Shown: positions 38,494 through 51,165 of the stretch, one piece after another | How the letters are laid out: each line of letters starts with the position of its first letter | How positions within the stretch are numbered: the stretch's first letter is position 1 | DNA from: Octopus sinensis | Lineage: Eukaryota | Direction of reading: 5' to 3' | Assembly (NCBI RefSeq): GCF_006345805.1 | Contig: NC_043011.1 | Coordinates: 19,976,464-20,040,463, forward strand | Length of the DNA stretch: 64,000 nt | Position numbers and translations under genes: made by a program | The notes under the pieces: generated by a model | Told to the model about the DNA's origin: nothing | The model's input: only the letters and a program-made list of their open reading frames with translations | Databases searched by the model: none

Positions 38494-38928
38494 GGATCTT
38501 TCCGGTTTGAACGGCTGTTTTTTCTAGCGGTGTCATATGAAATTGTTACCCATAATTATGACCCTAGAATCGATCTAATGCATTCTAATCTCTTTTAGAG
38601 TTAGGGTTAGTTAGGGTTAGGGTTAGGGGTGGGGGAAGGGTATCTTTTCTTTTCTTCACAAATGTAAATAAATCCAATCTGTTTCTTAAACGAGGGACAT
38701 ATTCATTCGGCACAGAATGCTTTTTAACTTAATAGACGTCACTGATTGGTTGAAATTGCAGAAATTGAAGAAAAAAAACAACAAATATCTTACAAACTAT
38801 AGAATTTTCTCAATAAAGCAAAGAGAAAAATATATTTTATAAACACATTCTACTAGTATACGAAGTTTAAAAGTGTTTAGTTACGTGGAAATTATTTTTT
38901 TTAAATGCCGTTCAAACCGAAAAGATCC
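38494..38928. mobile_element. Non-autonomous TIR element (MITE) carrying TTAGGG repeats
   Basis: TIR ggatctttccggtttgaacggc / gccgttcaaaccgaaaagatcc (1 mismatch in 22); ttagggttagttagggttagggttagggg at 38601. Confidence 0.8.
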
Positions 38929-41787
38929 ATAATATCCATTGTGATATTGCCAGTCCTTAAATAGGGATTCAGGTAGCTAATGAAAAGACACTGAACCCTA
39001 CTTTAAATAGTTTCAAGTTTCTACAGAAATACACACCGGAAGAGAAAGTAGGTTTGACTAGTCAAATGACACAGATATTACTCCTCAGATATGTACGGAC
39101 CCTATTTTCGTTTCAGTGGTGATACGTGGACTGGAAACAATTTATGTTTCATCGATGTAATGGGTTTAGCCACTCAAATGTAAACGCCGCAGTGAGTCTT
39201 CGAATTTACCTTAATGCTGTTTTGTGTATCTTTACCTCTCACCACCATCTCTTAGACTTGTGACATAAGGGTTAAAGTTCCAGTCTGTGTTGACATGTTA
39301 CGTTTTAGGTAATCAGAGCCGATCCACTGAACTCTTCGATGGTTTTCCTACTCAAACAGACATTAGACATTTGCAAACTCAGAATCACTTAGGCCACTGT
39401 CTATTGTCTCTGCTATTAAGCTTCAATACTCTGAACTTAAAATAGATCATTTATTTCGATGTTATTTTGATGTTTAACTTTCATTGCTTTCCTCTGTAAT
39501 TTAGTATCAATAAAATACAGAAATGATATTTATGTTATTGTAATCTGTATTCTCGTATTTTATGTTATGTAAAAACAAAGAACCGATGAGAAATAATGAA
39601 AACTATCTATATCATTTCGACAAAGAGCGAAATAATATTCAGGAAGTGTTGGTGGAAAAGTTGAATAGCCTCGTTAATGCAATAGAAAGATGTCTGGTGG
39701 AGCTAATGATATTATAAATTCTATTATTGAATTGAAAAGCTATGGTAAAATGGATAATGATGTATTTGGAGTGCTTTTGTTGTTTAACCCCAGGCTTTTC
39801 GGTCATAACCATTCCGTCTATAATCCATCCATGATGTACGTATTTCTCATGAACTTTGTTTTGGAATGTGTGGGAATGTGTTGATGGTACGATGTGATAC
39901 ACCTGCTATTTCTAACTGGTCGAAAGACCTTATAGATACCCACTTCTTTTTGAATGATGTCGTCTATACTAAAGCAAACCATCCTTTACATTACTTGACA
40001 AAATATGGCACCCCGCGATAAAGAAGTCAACTCTGAAATCATACTGAATCGCTAAATATGAATAAGCTTGGAACATATGCACAACACGACGCGAGTTGGA
40101 AGCAGCCATACACAAGAATGGATGACTCCGGAGAATATTTGTTCCTCTTTGTGCAATGTATAATCGCGTTATCTCAATGGAAGGAAAGGGTTGTGATCAG
40201 GCGATGAGTTGAAATGACATGACCGAGACATCAGACAGAATTAAACTTTTTTTTCTTTTGTAATTGGTTTTAAGAAATCTAGATTTAGAGGAGCACGGTA
40301 AATTTATATCCTCGTGTTGGCGTATACAATTTGGGAAACAAAAGAATACACTTCCTGTTTTATATTTTGTCCATGCTGTTGAAGCAAAAGAATCTCTGAG
40401 AGGATAATTTCCGATTAGAAACTAAAAGTAGGTAAGTAAACATTGTATTTACTGAAATCACAAGTGGATTCAATATTCAGGTTCCCAAGTCACACATGGA
40501 ATAAATAATGTTAATAAGTAGCAAGAAACTCTTCTATATACTTTTCGATGAAACATCGCAGAATCAACTATTATGTATTGTTCGTTGTTTACTAGGAAAA
40601 TAATATTCAATAAGAGATACATAATAAAAAAATATCTCAGATGACTTGAATGGAATCCTCTATTTTGTCACACCTCAGATAAAGGTGATAATACAGAAAG
40701 AAAGGTAGCAAATAAAAAAGAAGGAAGCTAAGAAAACAGTCTTCTTTCAGCTTAAAATGGTGGATGTATGTTATCTCTTCTGTATATATTATTCGCCTAA
40801 TGGAGTACGATTTCCAAGATACGCGTATATCAGGAATGTGTTTTTGTTTTCTTTATCAGTTATGGATAGGTTAGATTTACGTGTTGCGTGATATTTCTGA
40901 TAAATGAGATTAACATGTATGGTGGTAATGGATACTGTGATAGGTATGTTAGCAGTTCTACTTCAGTCCATTAACTTTTACATTGCTGAAAGGATTATTT
41001 TATGAAACATTTCTAAATGTCACTGTTGTTACTATTATCTTCAGAATGTTTCTTCTTCGATAATAAAAAAAATCTTTTTTTTTTCAAAAAAGAAATACGA
41101 CTGTAGCCTAAAGTTGCATATCGAGTTGCCCTTCAATAATCTTGAATAGCAATTGAAATTTCTTTTTATTTCTTTATATCTAAATAGGAAATTCCAAGGT
41201 AGGCAGAAGCTGGTTGTAACAAACAATTTGCGTCAATTTCAGTATAATATTAAATCATTATACTGCGTAACACCAAAGATCCTGCGCAATTTTAAATTTT
41301 AAATCCTTGTAAGTCTTTTGTCTCTTATAAAATTAAACTCTATCAAGTGCATTGGCATCAATCAGAATAATTTGCTTTTATTAATTCAAAAAATAAATTA
41401 CATTACTTCAACATTAATTTGAGGGACATGTAAATACTACCAAGTATGTAACTAAACCTCGAGATATTTGTAGAAATTATGCATTGGTACATATTGAAAA
41501 ATCACATGCATATAATCAATACCTTTTCTGGTGCTTTTTCCGAGATTATCTCTGTCATATAAATGATTACAATAACGTGAATTTAAAATTTTACTATGAA
41601 TTGATAACACCGTCGTTATACATGAACTTGGCACGTGCAAACATAATATGAAGACCATGAATCCAGATAATGAATTATAAGGGTAATTTTGTGTATACAG
41701 CGATACTTTAAAATCTGGACATGGCAAAGTAAAATGTAAAATACCGATGTCAACGATGTTTCAAAACTTAGAACGAGTGAAGTTTAA

Positions 41788-41819
<32 letters not shown>

Positions 41820-41859
41820 TTTGTGTGCGTGCGTGTGTTTCCAGACTTGATATATTCGT

Positions 41860-42460
41860 TTCTACACTAGGCACAAGACCCGAAACTTTGGTGGAAGGGG
41901 CCAGTCGATTAGATCGACCTCCGTATGCAACAGGTACTTAATTTATCGACCCCCGAAAGGATAAAATGCGAAGTCGACTTCGGCGGAATTTGAACTCAAA
42001 ACGTAAAGACATACAAAATACCACAAAGCATTGCGCCCGGCATGCTAACATTTCTTATTGCTTTATTGCCCACAAGAGGCTAAACACAGTGGCGACAAAG
42101 GGACAGACAAAGGGATTAAGTCGTTACATCGAACTCAGTGCGTAACTGGTACTGAATTTATCGACTCCGAAAGAATGAAAAGCAATGTCGACCTCGGCGG
42201 AATTTCAACTCAGAACATAAAGACAGACGAAATACCTATTTCTTTACTACCCACAAGGGGCTAAACATAGAGGGGACAAACGGATTAAGTCGATTACATT
42301 GAACCCAGTGCGTCACTGGTACTTAATTTATCGACCCCGAAAGGTTGAAAGGTAAAGTCGACCTCGGCGCAATTTGAACTCAGAACGTAGCGGCGGACAA
42401 AATACCACAAAGCATTTCGTCCGGCGTGCTTACGTCTCTGCCAGCTGGCCGCCTTCAGAC
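41860..42460 (-). mobile_element. Trimer of MetaSINE-like family B
   Basis: Three ggtact.aattta.tcgac.ccgaaag cores; junction agacgaaatac|ctatttctttactaccc at about 42230. Confidence 0.85.
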
Positions 42461-43012
42461 ATGATATATTGAATGAGTTCAGTGGCATAAAAATCTCTTT
42501 GCGCTATAGCTCGGATTCTTTTTTTTTTTACTGATATCTAGAATACAAGGAATATTTTCACAAAACTATAAATCTGGTAGTTATAGCTAATGACGCCGCT
42601 GTAGAAAACAAAATAATATTCGTCACTCACAGACGCATATAAATATATGTGTATAAAAGAGAGGGCAGTATGATAGCAAGAGAGATCAGTATAAAAGCAA
42701 TGTGTTGGGAAAGCTGAAGGGGTAAAGAGGGAGAAAAAAATCAGTTTCCAAATTAAACAAGAAAGAGACATTGATATCAATATTTGATAGTCCGGGAGAG
42801 TTATTAGTGTGTCACAAATGCACTAAGATGAATGATAGATGACAGGAACATGACAAAAAATACATTTCTATTCTTGGGAGGTTTTGGGTTGCGAAGTGAC
42901 ACGATTAATGCTAGATTCTTTAGATTGCCTATTGACGTTTCACAACAGCAGCCCAATTCTGTTATTTCATATGCTCCATCCTTTAAAAGAGAGGTAGGTA
43001 TATTGTAAAATA

Positions 43013-43466
43013 TTAGGTTGAAGAATAATTCATGAGCGTTTTTTTTTTTTCAAATTTAAAAATGTACGCAGAAATTAAATGCATTTCTTGTTATTTGAAA
43101 GAGGTTTTGCTCTACAAGGTAGTGAGTTTTGAATCTTTAATTTAATTTTTTTAATTTTTAATTTTTTTTTTTTGTATTTTCAGATCATTAAAATGAAATG
43201 TTAAGTGGACAACACCGAGCATTTTAGATACCATTTTCTTTTTGCATTCAAATGAGTTGTTAAACGCGCCGAAGCTTCTCGTGAGATTTGTGTTATGTAT
43301 GGAGAAGTAGCAATGCCTCAAAGTAGTGCTCGCCGTTGGTTTTTTCGCTTAGTAAAGCAAAGAATTCTCTTTCAAATAACATAAAACATTTTGCCAATGC
43401 GTTTTATTTCTGCATGCATTTTTAAATTTAAACACAAAAACGCGAGTGTATTATTCCTCAACTTCA
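43013..43466 (+). mobile_element. Internally deleted mariner element
   Basis: Imperfect TIRs ttaggttgaagaataattcatgagcg / cgcgagtgtattattcctcaacttca flanked by TA; N-terminal remnant EHFRYHFLFAF..KRAEASREICVMYGEVAMPQSSARRWF. Confidence 0.7.
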
Positions 43467-44561
43467 TATATTCCGAGATAAAGGATAACTAAGGTTGGTC
43501 GCTGTAGAATTGCCTTTGATTATAGGTAATGTCGACCTGAGGGGTCCTGCGTCTGAACTACAGGATTAGAAACGTCTTTTTCATCCGGCTTTGTGTCTTT
43601 AACTTCATTTAGACTTTCCCATTTGAGATTTAATGTTTGCTACCAAAATCAAACAATTCATAATTACTTCTTATTGTGTAGATACTATCAGATCTGACTT
43701 GAATCAATTAAGAATAGAAACTGTGAGCTAGCACGTATACGTAAATAACGTCATAGCATAATACCATTGAAATATTAAAAAGTTTCAACATGGGCGATTT
43801 TTGCGCGCGCGTTAACAAGTTCATATAATTTACTTGTCAAATGGATAATTCCAGGTAATAATCTTAAGTGAGTGACACTGTTATAGTATACTGATTACGA
43901 TAATAGGTTTCTTTCTGACATACCATCTCACAAATGCGTCTAGCCATTTTAGTATAGGTTAAACCAATATACATTTATGTTTATGCAGTTTAAGTAGTAT
44001 TGAAACAAATGTAATTATTTGTTACAGAAAAGTGCAGAACTGTTATCTCTCTCTCCTTATTGATCTAACTTGAATACTTGTAATAGCTGATGAAAATTAA
44101 GACGTATTTGACATTAATTGTCATGTATGTTTTTAATCTAACTAGGAAAGATTCTATCTTTAAATCGACTACCAGATACGTGAGATGATTAGCACGAAGC
44201 TATTTCTCCAAATTCATTTATTTCTAAAAGCAAGTTAATCGATATTATATTTTCAAAGTACCCAAGCTTTTACTAATTCCATTTGTATTCTATGTTTACC
44301 ATTATATATGTGCGTGTAATCTATATATACGTCTATGTATATATGCATGCATGTATGTATGTATGCATGAATGTATGTATGTATGAATGTACGTACGTAT
44401 GCATGAGTGCATTTGTGTGCAATTGTAATTTAGAGTATACACAGTAGCCATAGATTAAGCCATTAATACATATTTTACCTCAAACAATCATAATACATTC
44501 AGCTTGCCCTAATGAAGTCAACTACATATTTACAATCCTTAAACTATATAGGTAACTTCTG

Positions 44562-44815
44562 GCACATAGCCTATTGGTTAGAGCAGCGGACTCGCGGTCG
44601 AGAGATCCTTGGTTCGAATCTCAGACCTGGCGATGTGTGTGTTTATGAGCGAAACACCTAAGCTCCACGCAGCTCCGGCAGAAGGTAATGGCGAATTTCT
44701 GCTGACTCTTTCGCCACAGCTTTTTCCTACTCTTTCCTCCTGCATCTTACAGCTCACCTGCGACGGACTGGCGTCCCGTCAAGGTGGGGAATTTATGAGC
44801 CAGGCATGGCTCAAG
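44562..44815 (+). mobile_element. tRNA-derived SINE with V-domain-like segment
   Basis: Head tagcctattggttagagcagcggactc...ggttcgaatctc; ctgcgacggactggcgtcccgtc resembles the V-SINE domain. Confidence 0.65.
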
Positions 44816-45238
44816 AAAGAACAAACAAGAAACACTCGGTAGAATGTCCATATTTAGTTATGCATTGACTCATGCAACAAATCCTGTCCCACATATGAAC
44901 ATTTATTAAGATGATGCCGAAACATCTGGAATAATAATAAATAAAATCTCGTTTCCAGTTCTCCATTAATGCAAAATAAGAACAGGGTGACAGTGGTGTT
45001 TGAGGACAACTTTTTAGTTTGATGCATTAACGCAAATCTAGTGAAAACGAAATGTATTGTAATAAAAATCTGTGCACATGTCATCGATAATCTTTCTCAT
45101 AAATCCATGATAGGAATCTGACTTCAGCTTCGATGTCTTCTTCAATGTGGGATTGGAATCATTGGCATGCCAGCAATAAATTGTCCTTATGCAGGTCGGG
45201 CATCATCTGGACAAAGATGACCTTCAGGTAAGCTACAT

Positions 45239-45464
45239 GCGAGCTGGTAGAACCGCTAGCACGCAGGGCGAAATGCGTAGCCGTATTACGTCTGCCGTTA
45301 CGTCCTGAATTCAAATTCCGCCAAGGTAGACTTTGCCTTTCATCCTTTCGTGGTTGATAAATTAAGTACCAGTTACGCCCTGGGATCGCTGTAATCGACT
45401 TAATCCGCTTGTCTGCCCTTGTGTGTCCCCTCTGTGTTTAGCCCCTTGTGGGTAGTAAAGAAAT
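45239..45464 (+). mobile_element. Monomeric MetaSINE-like family B copy with 13-bp TSD
   Basis: aggtaagctacat at 45226-45238 and 45465-45477. Confidence 0.9.
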
Positions 45465-45525
45465 AGGTAAGCTACATTATTGTAAGTTTAGGTTTTATTC
45501 TAGACTCACTTTCAAAATCACTCCA

Positions 45526-45965
<440 letters not shown>

Positions 45966-46318
45966 GTATTACGGACATGTAATTACATAGCAGGTGACTT
46001 GATCTGAGATTGTGTGCTGAAACAAAATCAATTGCAGCGTGGAAGGTGTTTATAAGTCATTCAAAGACACACAAAAAAGAACCCGTTAGATTCACGTCAG
46101 CGTTTAAATTTAATTCGTATCAAAATATTTTCATGCCTTGAAACCGCGACCTGTTCACTGACAAAACTACGCACAGCACAAAATTTTGTCAGTGAACAGG
46201 TCGCGGTTTGAAAGCGACAAAAATATTTTAACACAAATTTAATTTGAATGTTGAAGTGAATCTATATGGATTTTTTGTGTGTTTTTAAATGGCTTATAAA
46301 CACTTTCCACACAGCAAT
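45966..46318. mobile_element. Fold-back repeat with G3-C8 hammerhead motifs in both arms
   Basis: Arms 46029-46166 and 46183-46318 are inverted; motif tttgtca GTGAACA g gtcgc..gcgac GAAA atat T T tgac at 46119-46166 (-) and 46184-46233 (+), each with lesions. Confidence 0.75.
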
Positions 46319-46343
46319 AACACACACACACACACACACACGC

Positions 46344-46416
<73 letters not shown>

Positions 46417-46939
46417 GAGAGAGATGCTAAGTCTCTCTCCCATCTCTTTCGCTCTCCTTTTTCCTCAATCCAGATGTTACATATATCGTGTTCCGCTTAG
46501 GTAAGTGTAGTAGACCAAATCATTTTACGTCTGGACGTAACTGCATAGGCGCCGGAATCAAGTAGAGAAAGAATGGTACAAGCTATTAGATCACACATGA
46601 TTAGGAATCACAACTAACCAGGAACACATATTACGAATTAATGTATTGATTTGACTATCTTTAACAATGTATATCTATATTTTTGATCTTGCGACGACGA
46701 AGTGCTGCACCTAATCTGTCGAATGTAAATGCCGCAACGGACTGAAATCTTTTTATCTTTTCTCACGTCCATTGCCCTACTAAGATTTTATATCTTCAAC
46801 ACATACATTGATATTTCTAATAACAAGAGATAATTTTTTATTGGGTTGTTATAATCATTGTATATCAAAGGCATTCCACATTAATCATAATAATGAACAC
46901 TAGACTTTACCTTTGGCCCGTTGTACCGCCACAAGTGAA

Positions 46940-47090
46940 AGCGCATGACCTAGTGGTAAGAGTGCTTCCCTCACGATCGTGAGATCGTGGTTTCGATTCT
47001 GTGACTGGTTGTGCATTGTATTCTTGAGCAAAACATTTTATCTCGTATTGCTCCAGTTCACTCATCTGTAGCTGAGTCACCTTACGACAG
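46940..47090 (+). mobile_element. Degraded family C SINE 5' part
   Basis: gcgcatgacctagtggtaagagtg...ggtttcgattc...gtattcttgagcaaaacatttta. Confidence 0.65.
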
Positions 47091-48667
47091 ATTGGTGTGC
47101 AAAGGTAGGATTTCTCAGGAAAGCCACCCGATCGAATATATCGCGAATCACATTTCGTATTCAGCGATCGAAGAGGATGAGCAGCACAACTGGTGCTGTA
47201 AATATTGACTAGTTGGGTCTGGTTATTCAACCGAGTCAAAGGGTGATGACCGCCACAACCTAGACCTTTGATGGCTTATCTGTACTCTATTTTATTACAT
47301 ACATCCGGCCCAAGTTTCAGCGGCTTGGGTAACTTCCCTCTACTCACAAATCACAGTTACCTTGAAAAGCATCACAGGGGCATTTCTTTTTCTTTATTAC
47401 CTCATTCAATACGTTCGTAAGTTTCACATTATTTAGTCACTCATTCTAGATTTGGAAAATATCAACAACGAACGCAAGAGATGACTGAGATTTTACATGA
47501 ACTTGATATAGTTGAGTGAAATAATACCTATATTTAGCGTATAGAAAACGAGTAGCGAGCTATTTCGATTTCTTTTATGTAGAATTTAATCTCTGAGCTT
47601 AGAGAAGACTGCGATATAATCTGAGAATTTCCATAAAAGAAGTCACAAACCAAGGCAAATTCTCTCTAACAATGATTTCTTAGATTCTCATTACCAATGT
47701 CCACATCAGTTTGATAATTAAATAGGTGGCATTGCACATACACTCACGCACAAACATACATAAATATACACAATCCCATAGATATACATCCACCCATCCA
47801 TCCGTCCATCCATCTATGCATACATACATACATACAAACATACAATGTGCATATGCATGGATGTATGTCTGAAGAATAAAATGCAAAAAGACTTCCTTCA
47901 GATTCTTATCTTTTAGTCAGTACCACATATAACAACAATGGAAACGATCTGAGGAGTAGGTATCTACAATATCATTGCAGCAGCTAGAAGTATTAACGAA
48001 ATATTTCCGAAATTGCGCCCTACTGTCTTGAAGAATTATACATTGGAAAAGAATTTTTATATATAAAGAACGGGATGGTCATGAATAGAAAACCATTGAA
48101 CATAGGTCGATTTGATCAATACCAACATAGAGCTGAGCATTAACAATATAACAATAAAAATAAGAAAATAAACGATAAGGTAAACATCTCAAAATATATT
48201 TCTTTCTATGGAGTTTCAGTTACGAACTACCAAGCATTTACTTAATAAAAGTTTGATATATTATACCTTAACTTTTGTTATATTTTTCACATTTCTAGAT
48301 ATTTTACTCTGTTCAACAACGCCCAACTCCATCTTCATATTTAAAATGTAATTTTCTCTTCACTTCTCTCTCTTCCTTTATTCCATTTTACCAGAATACC
48401 ATTAATCTTTGTCACAAACCATAGACATTGATTTATCACGTAACAAGTTTTCAAACGGCTCCTCGTTATTATTTCCTTTTCTATTGGGATTGTAATGGTG
48501 ATATTCCAAATTTTGAGGATTCTTCTTATAATAATGGACACCACATTGTGGTATTATTTTTCTTCTTTAATTCAACAAATATGGGAGTGTGCTCTGTATT
48601 GGAAAAAAATAATAAATATATATGGGAATACGTATGCGTGTTATAAATTGTAATGTGTGTATATATA

Positions 48668-48716
<49 letters not shown>

Positions 48717-49099
48717 CACATATATATATATACATATATACATATGAGTATATATATATTATATATATATATACATACGTATATATATAAATGTGTATGT
48801 ATATATATATATATATTTATGCATGTGTGAACGTATAAATGTATGTTTGAAGAATGCTAAAGCAAGTTTGAGCTAGACATTTACTAAGCTGTGTGCAAAT
48901 AAGCCCAAAACACAAACCCCAGTAGCCTCATCTATAGCTGTGTGTCCAGGAGGAGAAGTCGGCTATAAGAAAAAGCGTCTTTAAGGTTAAATGGCAGTAA
49001 AAAAGATAGATAAACCATGAAGATTGTAAAGGTTGTATTTATATAGAAAGTTGTGTATAAAATATATTACGAGTTAAACATAAATATGTATTTTTTTAT

Positions 49100-49505
49100 T
49101 CTTTTACTAGTTTAAGTAATTTGACTTCAGCCATGCTGGACCACCGCCTTTAGTCGAACAAATCGTCCCCAGAATTTAATATTTGTAAAGTTTATACTTA
49201 TTTTATCGGTCTCTTTTCCTGAACTACCAAGTTTGGGGATGTAATCACACCAACATCAGTTGACAAGCGATGGCGGGGGACAACCACACACATGCAAATA
49301 CAGACACACACACACATACACAAACAAACATATATGTGTATATATACACGACAGGCTTCTTTCAGTTTACAACTAACAAATCCACTCACAATGCTTCGGT
49401 CGCTCGAGGCTACAGTAGAAGACACTTGTCCAAGATGCCACGCAATGGGACTGAACCTGGAACTATGTGGTTGGGAAGCAAGCTTCTTACCACACAGCCA
49501 CTCGG
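49100..49505 (-). mobile_element. tRNA-derived SINE, family A
   Basis: Reverse complement of the family A body (ccgagtggctgtgtggtaagaagcttgcttcccaaccacatagttcc...). Confidence 0.85.
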
Positions 49506-49583
49506 GCGTCTTGTTTACATATAATGTATATATGTATACATATGTATACATATATGTATATATATATATATATATTATATATA

Positions 49584-49646
<63 letters not shown>

Positions 49647-49772
49647 TTCAGCAAAAATTTAGATTCGAATGAATATGGTACTTAATTTAGATGCGCCAGA
49701 ATTTTGTATGGTGTTATCCATAAAAAATTGCGGGGTGATTATAATCAATATAAGCAAAAAGAATGACTCTGG

Positions 49773-49865
49773 TAATTTGGTACAATTGTTTCGCACTACA
49801 TCATTTTATTAAAAGTTGTAAGTATTACAACAGATTTAAGATGCTGGGTGCTCATCAGCCAGTTA
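49773..49865 (-). ncRNA. Type I hammerhead ribozyme, left arm, intact core
   Basis: Minus strand tgg CTGATGA gcac...gtgc GAAA c aatt g T A cca. Confidence 0.8.
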
Positions 49866-50187
49866 TATAGGTTTTCCATTAATATAAAAGCTTTCAAATC
49901 AAGTAGCAACATTATAGAGAAGGTAGATATACAGACAAAGATGTAGATTTAAATTTTAAGAACATATGAGGTAGTGAAGCCCAACCACTGACTGACCAAG
50001 CTATGGCTGTATCTAACTGTATCTAAAATTAGGCAGTTAGATACAGCCATAGCTTGGTCAGTCAGTGGTTGGACTTCACTACCTCATATGTTCTTAAAAT
50101 TTAAATCTACATCTTTGTCTGTATATCTACCTTCTCTATAATGTTGCTACTTGATTTGAAAGCTTTTATATTAATGGAAAACCTATA

Positions 50188-50280
50188 TAACTGGCTGATG
50201 AGCACTCAGCATCTTAAATCTGTTGTAATACTTACAACTTTTAATAAAATGATGTAGTGCGAAACAATTGTACCAAATTA
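50188..50280 (+). ncRNA. Type I hammerhead ribozyme, right arm, intact core (predicted cleavage after 50272)
   Basis: tgg CTGATGA(50195-50201) gcac [long hairpin incl. gttgtaa-tac-ttacaac] gtgc GAAA(50261-50264) c aatt g T A cca; stem III ACAAUUGU is self-complementary. Confidence 0.8.
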
Positions 50281-50321
50281 CAGGAGTCATTCTTGTTGCT
50301 TATTTTCATTATATATATATA

Positions 50322-50372
<51 letters not shown>

Positions 50373-50665
50373 TTTATATATGTATGTATGTATGTGTGTG
50401 TGTAGGTATGTGTGTGCGTGTTTGGGTGTGTATGTATACACGACATATTAAAACACGTCCAAGGGTGGATTTGTTTAGTATTCCTTAATCTGTTGAGTAA
50501 TTTATTTGAACGTAATGCAAGTAAGAAATATTCTCTCAGCAAGAAAATAATTCTGGCTATAATGTTTCATTGACTTAAATAGAACACATTGCAGAATTAC
50601 CTACACTATTTCTCTCTTTCTTGCTCTTTCTCTCTCTCTCTCTTCTCTCTCCCTCTCTCTCTCTC

Positions 50666-50720
<55 letters not shown>

Positions 50721-50868
50721 CATTCCAAATGTATGGAATGGCGTAAACTGTATTGACCGTTTTAACGTTGTTAAAATATTCATGAAATTTCAACTGTACT
50801 CTCACCAGTAAATGTGATGAGTTTTGGCATACAAGTAAGCAATATGTTTTATATAAAGCAATATGTTT

Positions 50869-51165
50869 TATTCTGTTGTGTCTGGAGAGAGTCATTTTCT
50901 CTTTGTGTCTTATAATATAACACACTCACCGGTAAAATTTCCACTTATTTCTTATTTTTATTTTCTAAAATTTTCGTTGCGTCTTGCAACCTTTTCAATA
51001 GACTTGTCTCTTGAATATTCAAAACTATTGAAAAGGTTGCAAGACGCAACGAAAATTTTAGGAAAATAAAAATAAGAAATAAGTGGAAATTTTAACGGTG
51101 AGTTAAAGACACAAAAAGTTAAGACACAAAAAGAAAATGACTGTCCCCAGACACAACAGAATATG
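50869..51165. repeat. Fold-back repeat with U3-A8 hammerhead motifs in both arms
   Basis: Arms 50869-51001 and 51025-51165, 23-nt loop; motif (t)cta TTGAAAA g gttgc aagac gcaac GAAA at T T tag(a) at 50964-51002 (-) and 51025-51061 (+). Confidence 0.75.

Larger units (their letters stand above)
49740..50313. repeat. Near-perfect palindrome: ~280-bp arms, 14-nt loop (50020-50033)
   Basis: The arms read as reverse complements with only a few mismatches (about 49769-49771, 49847, 49980 and the outermost ~25 bp). Confidence 0.95.

Noticed and set aside
43540-43585. CTGAGGG-gtcctg...caggat-ta-GAAA-cgtc hammerhead-like string
   Set aside because: A9 is absent, there are extra bases before GAAA, and stem I does not pair.
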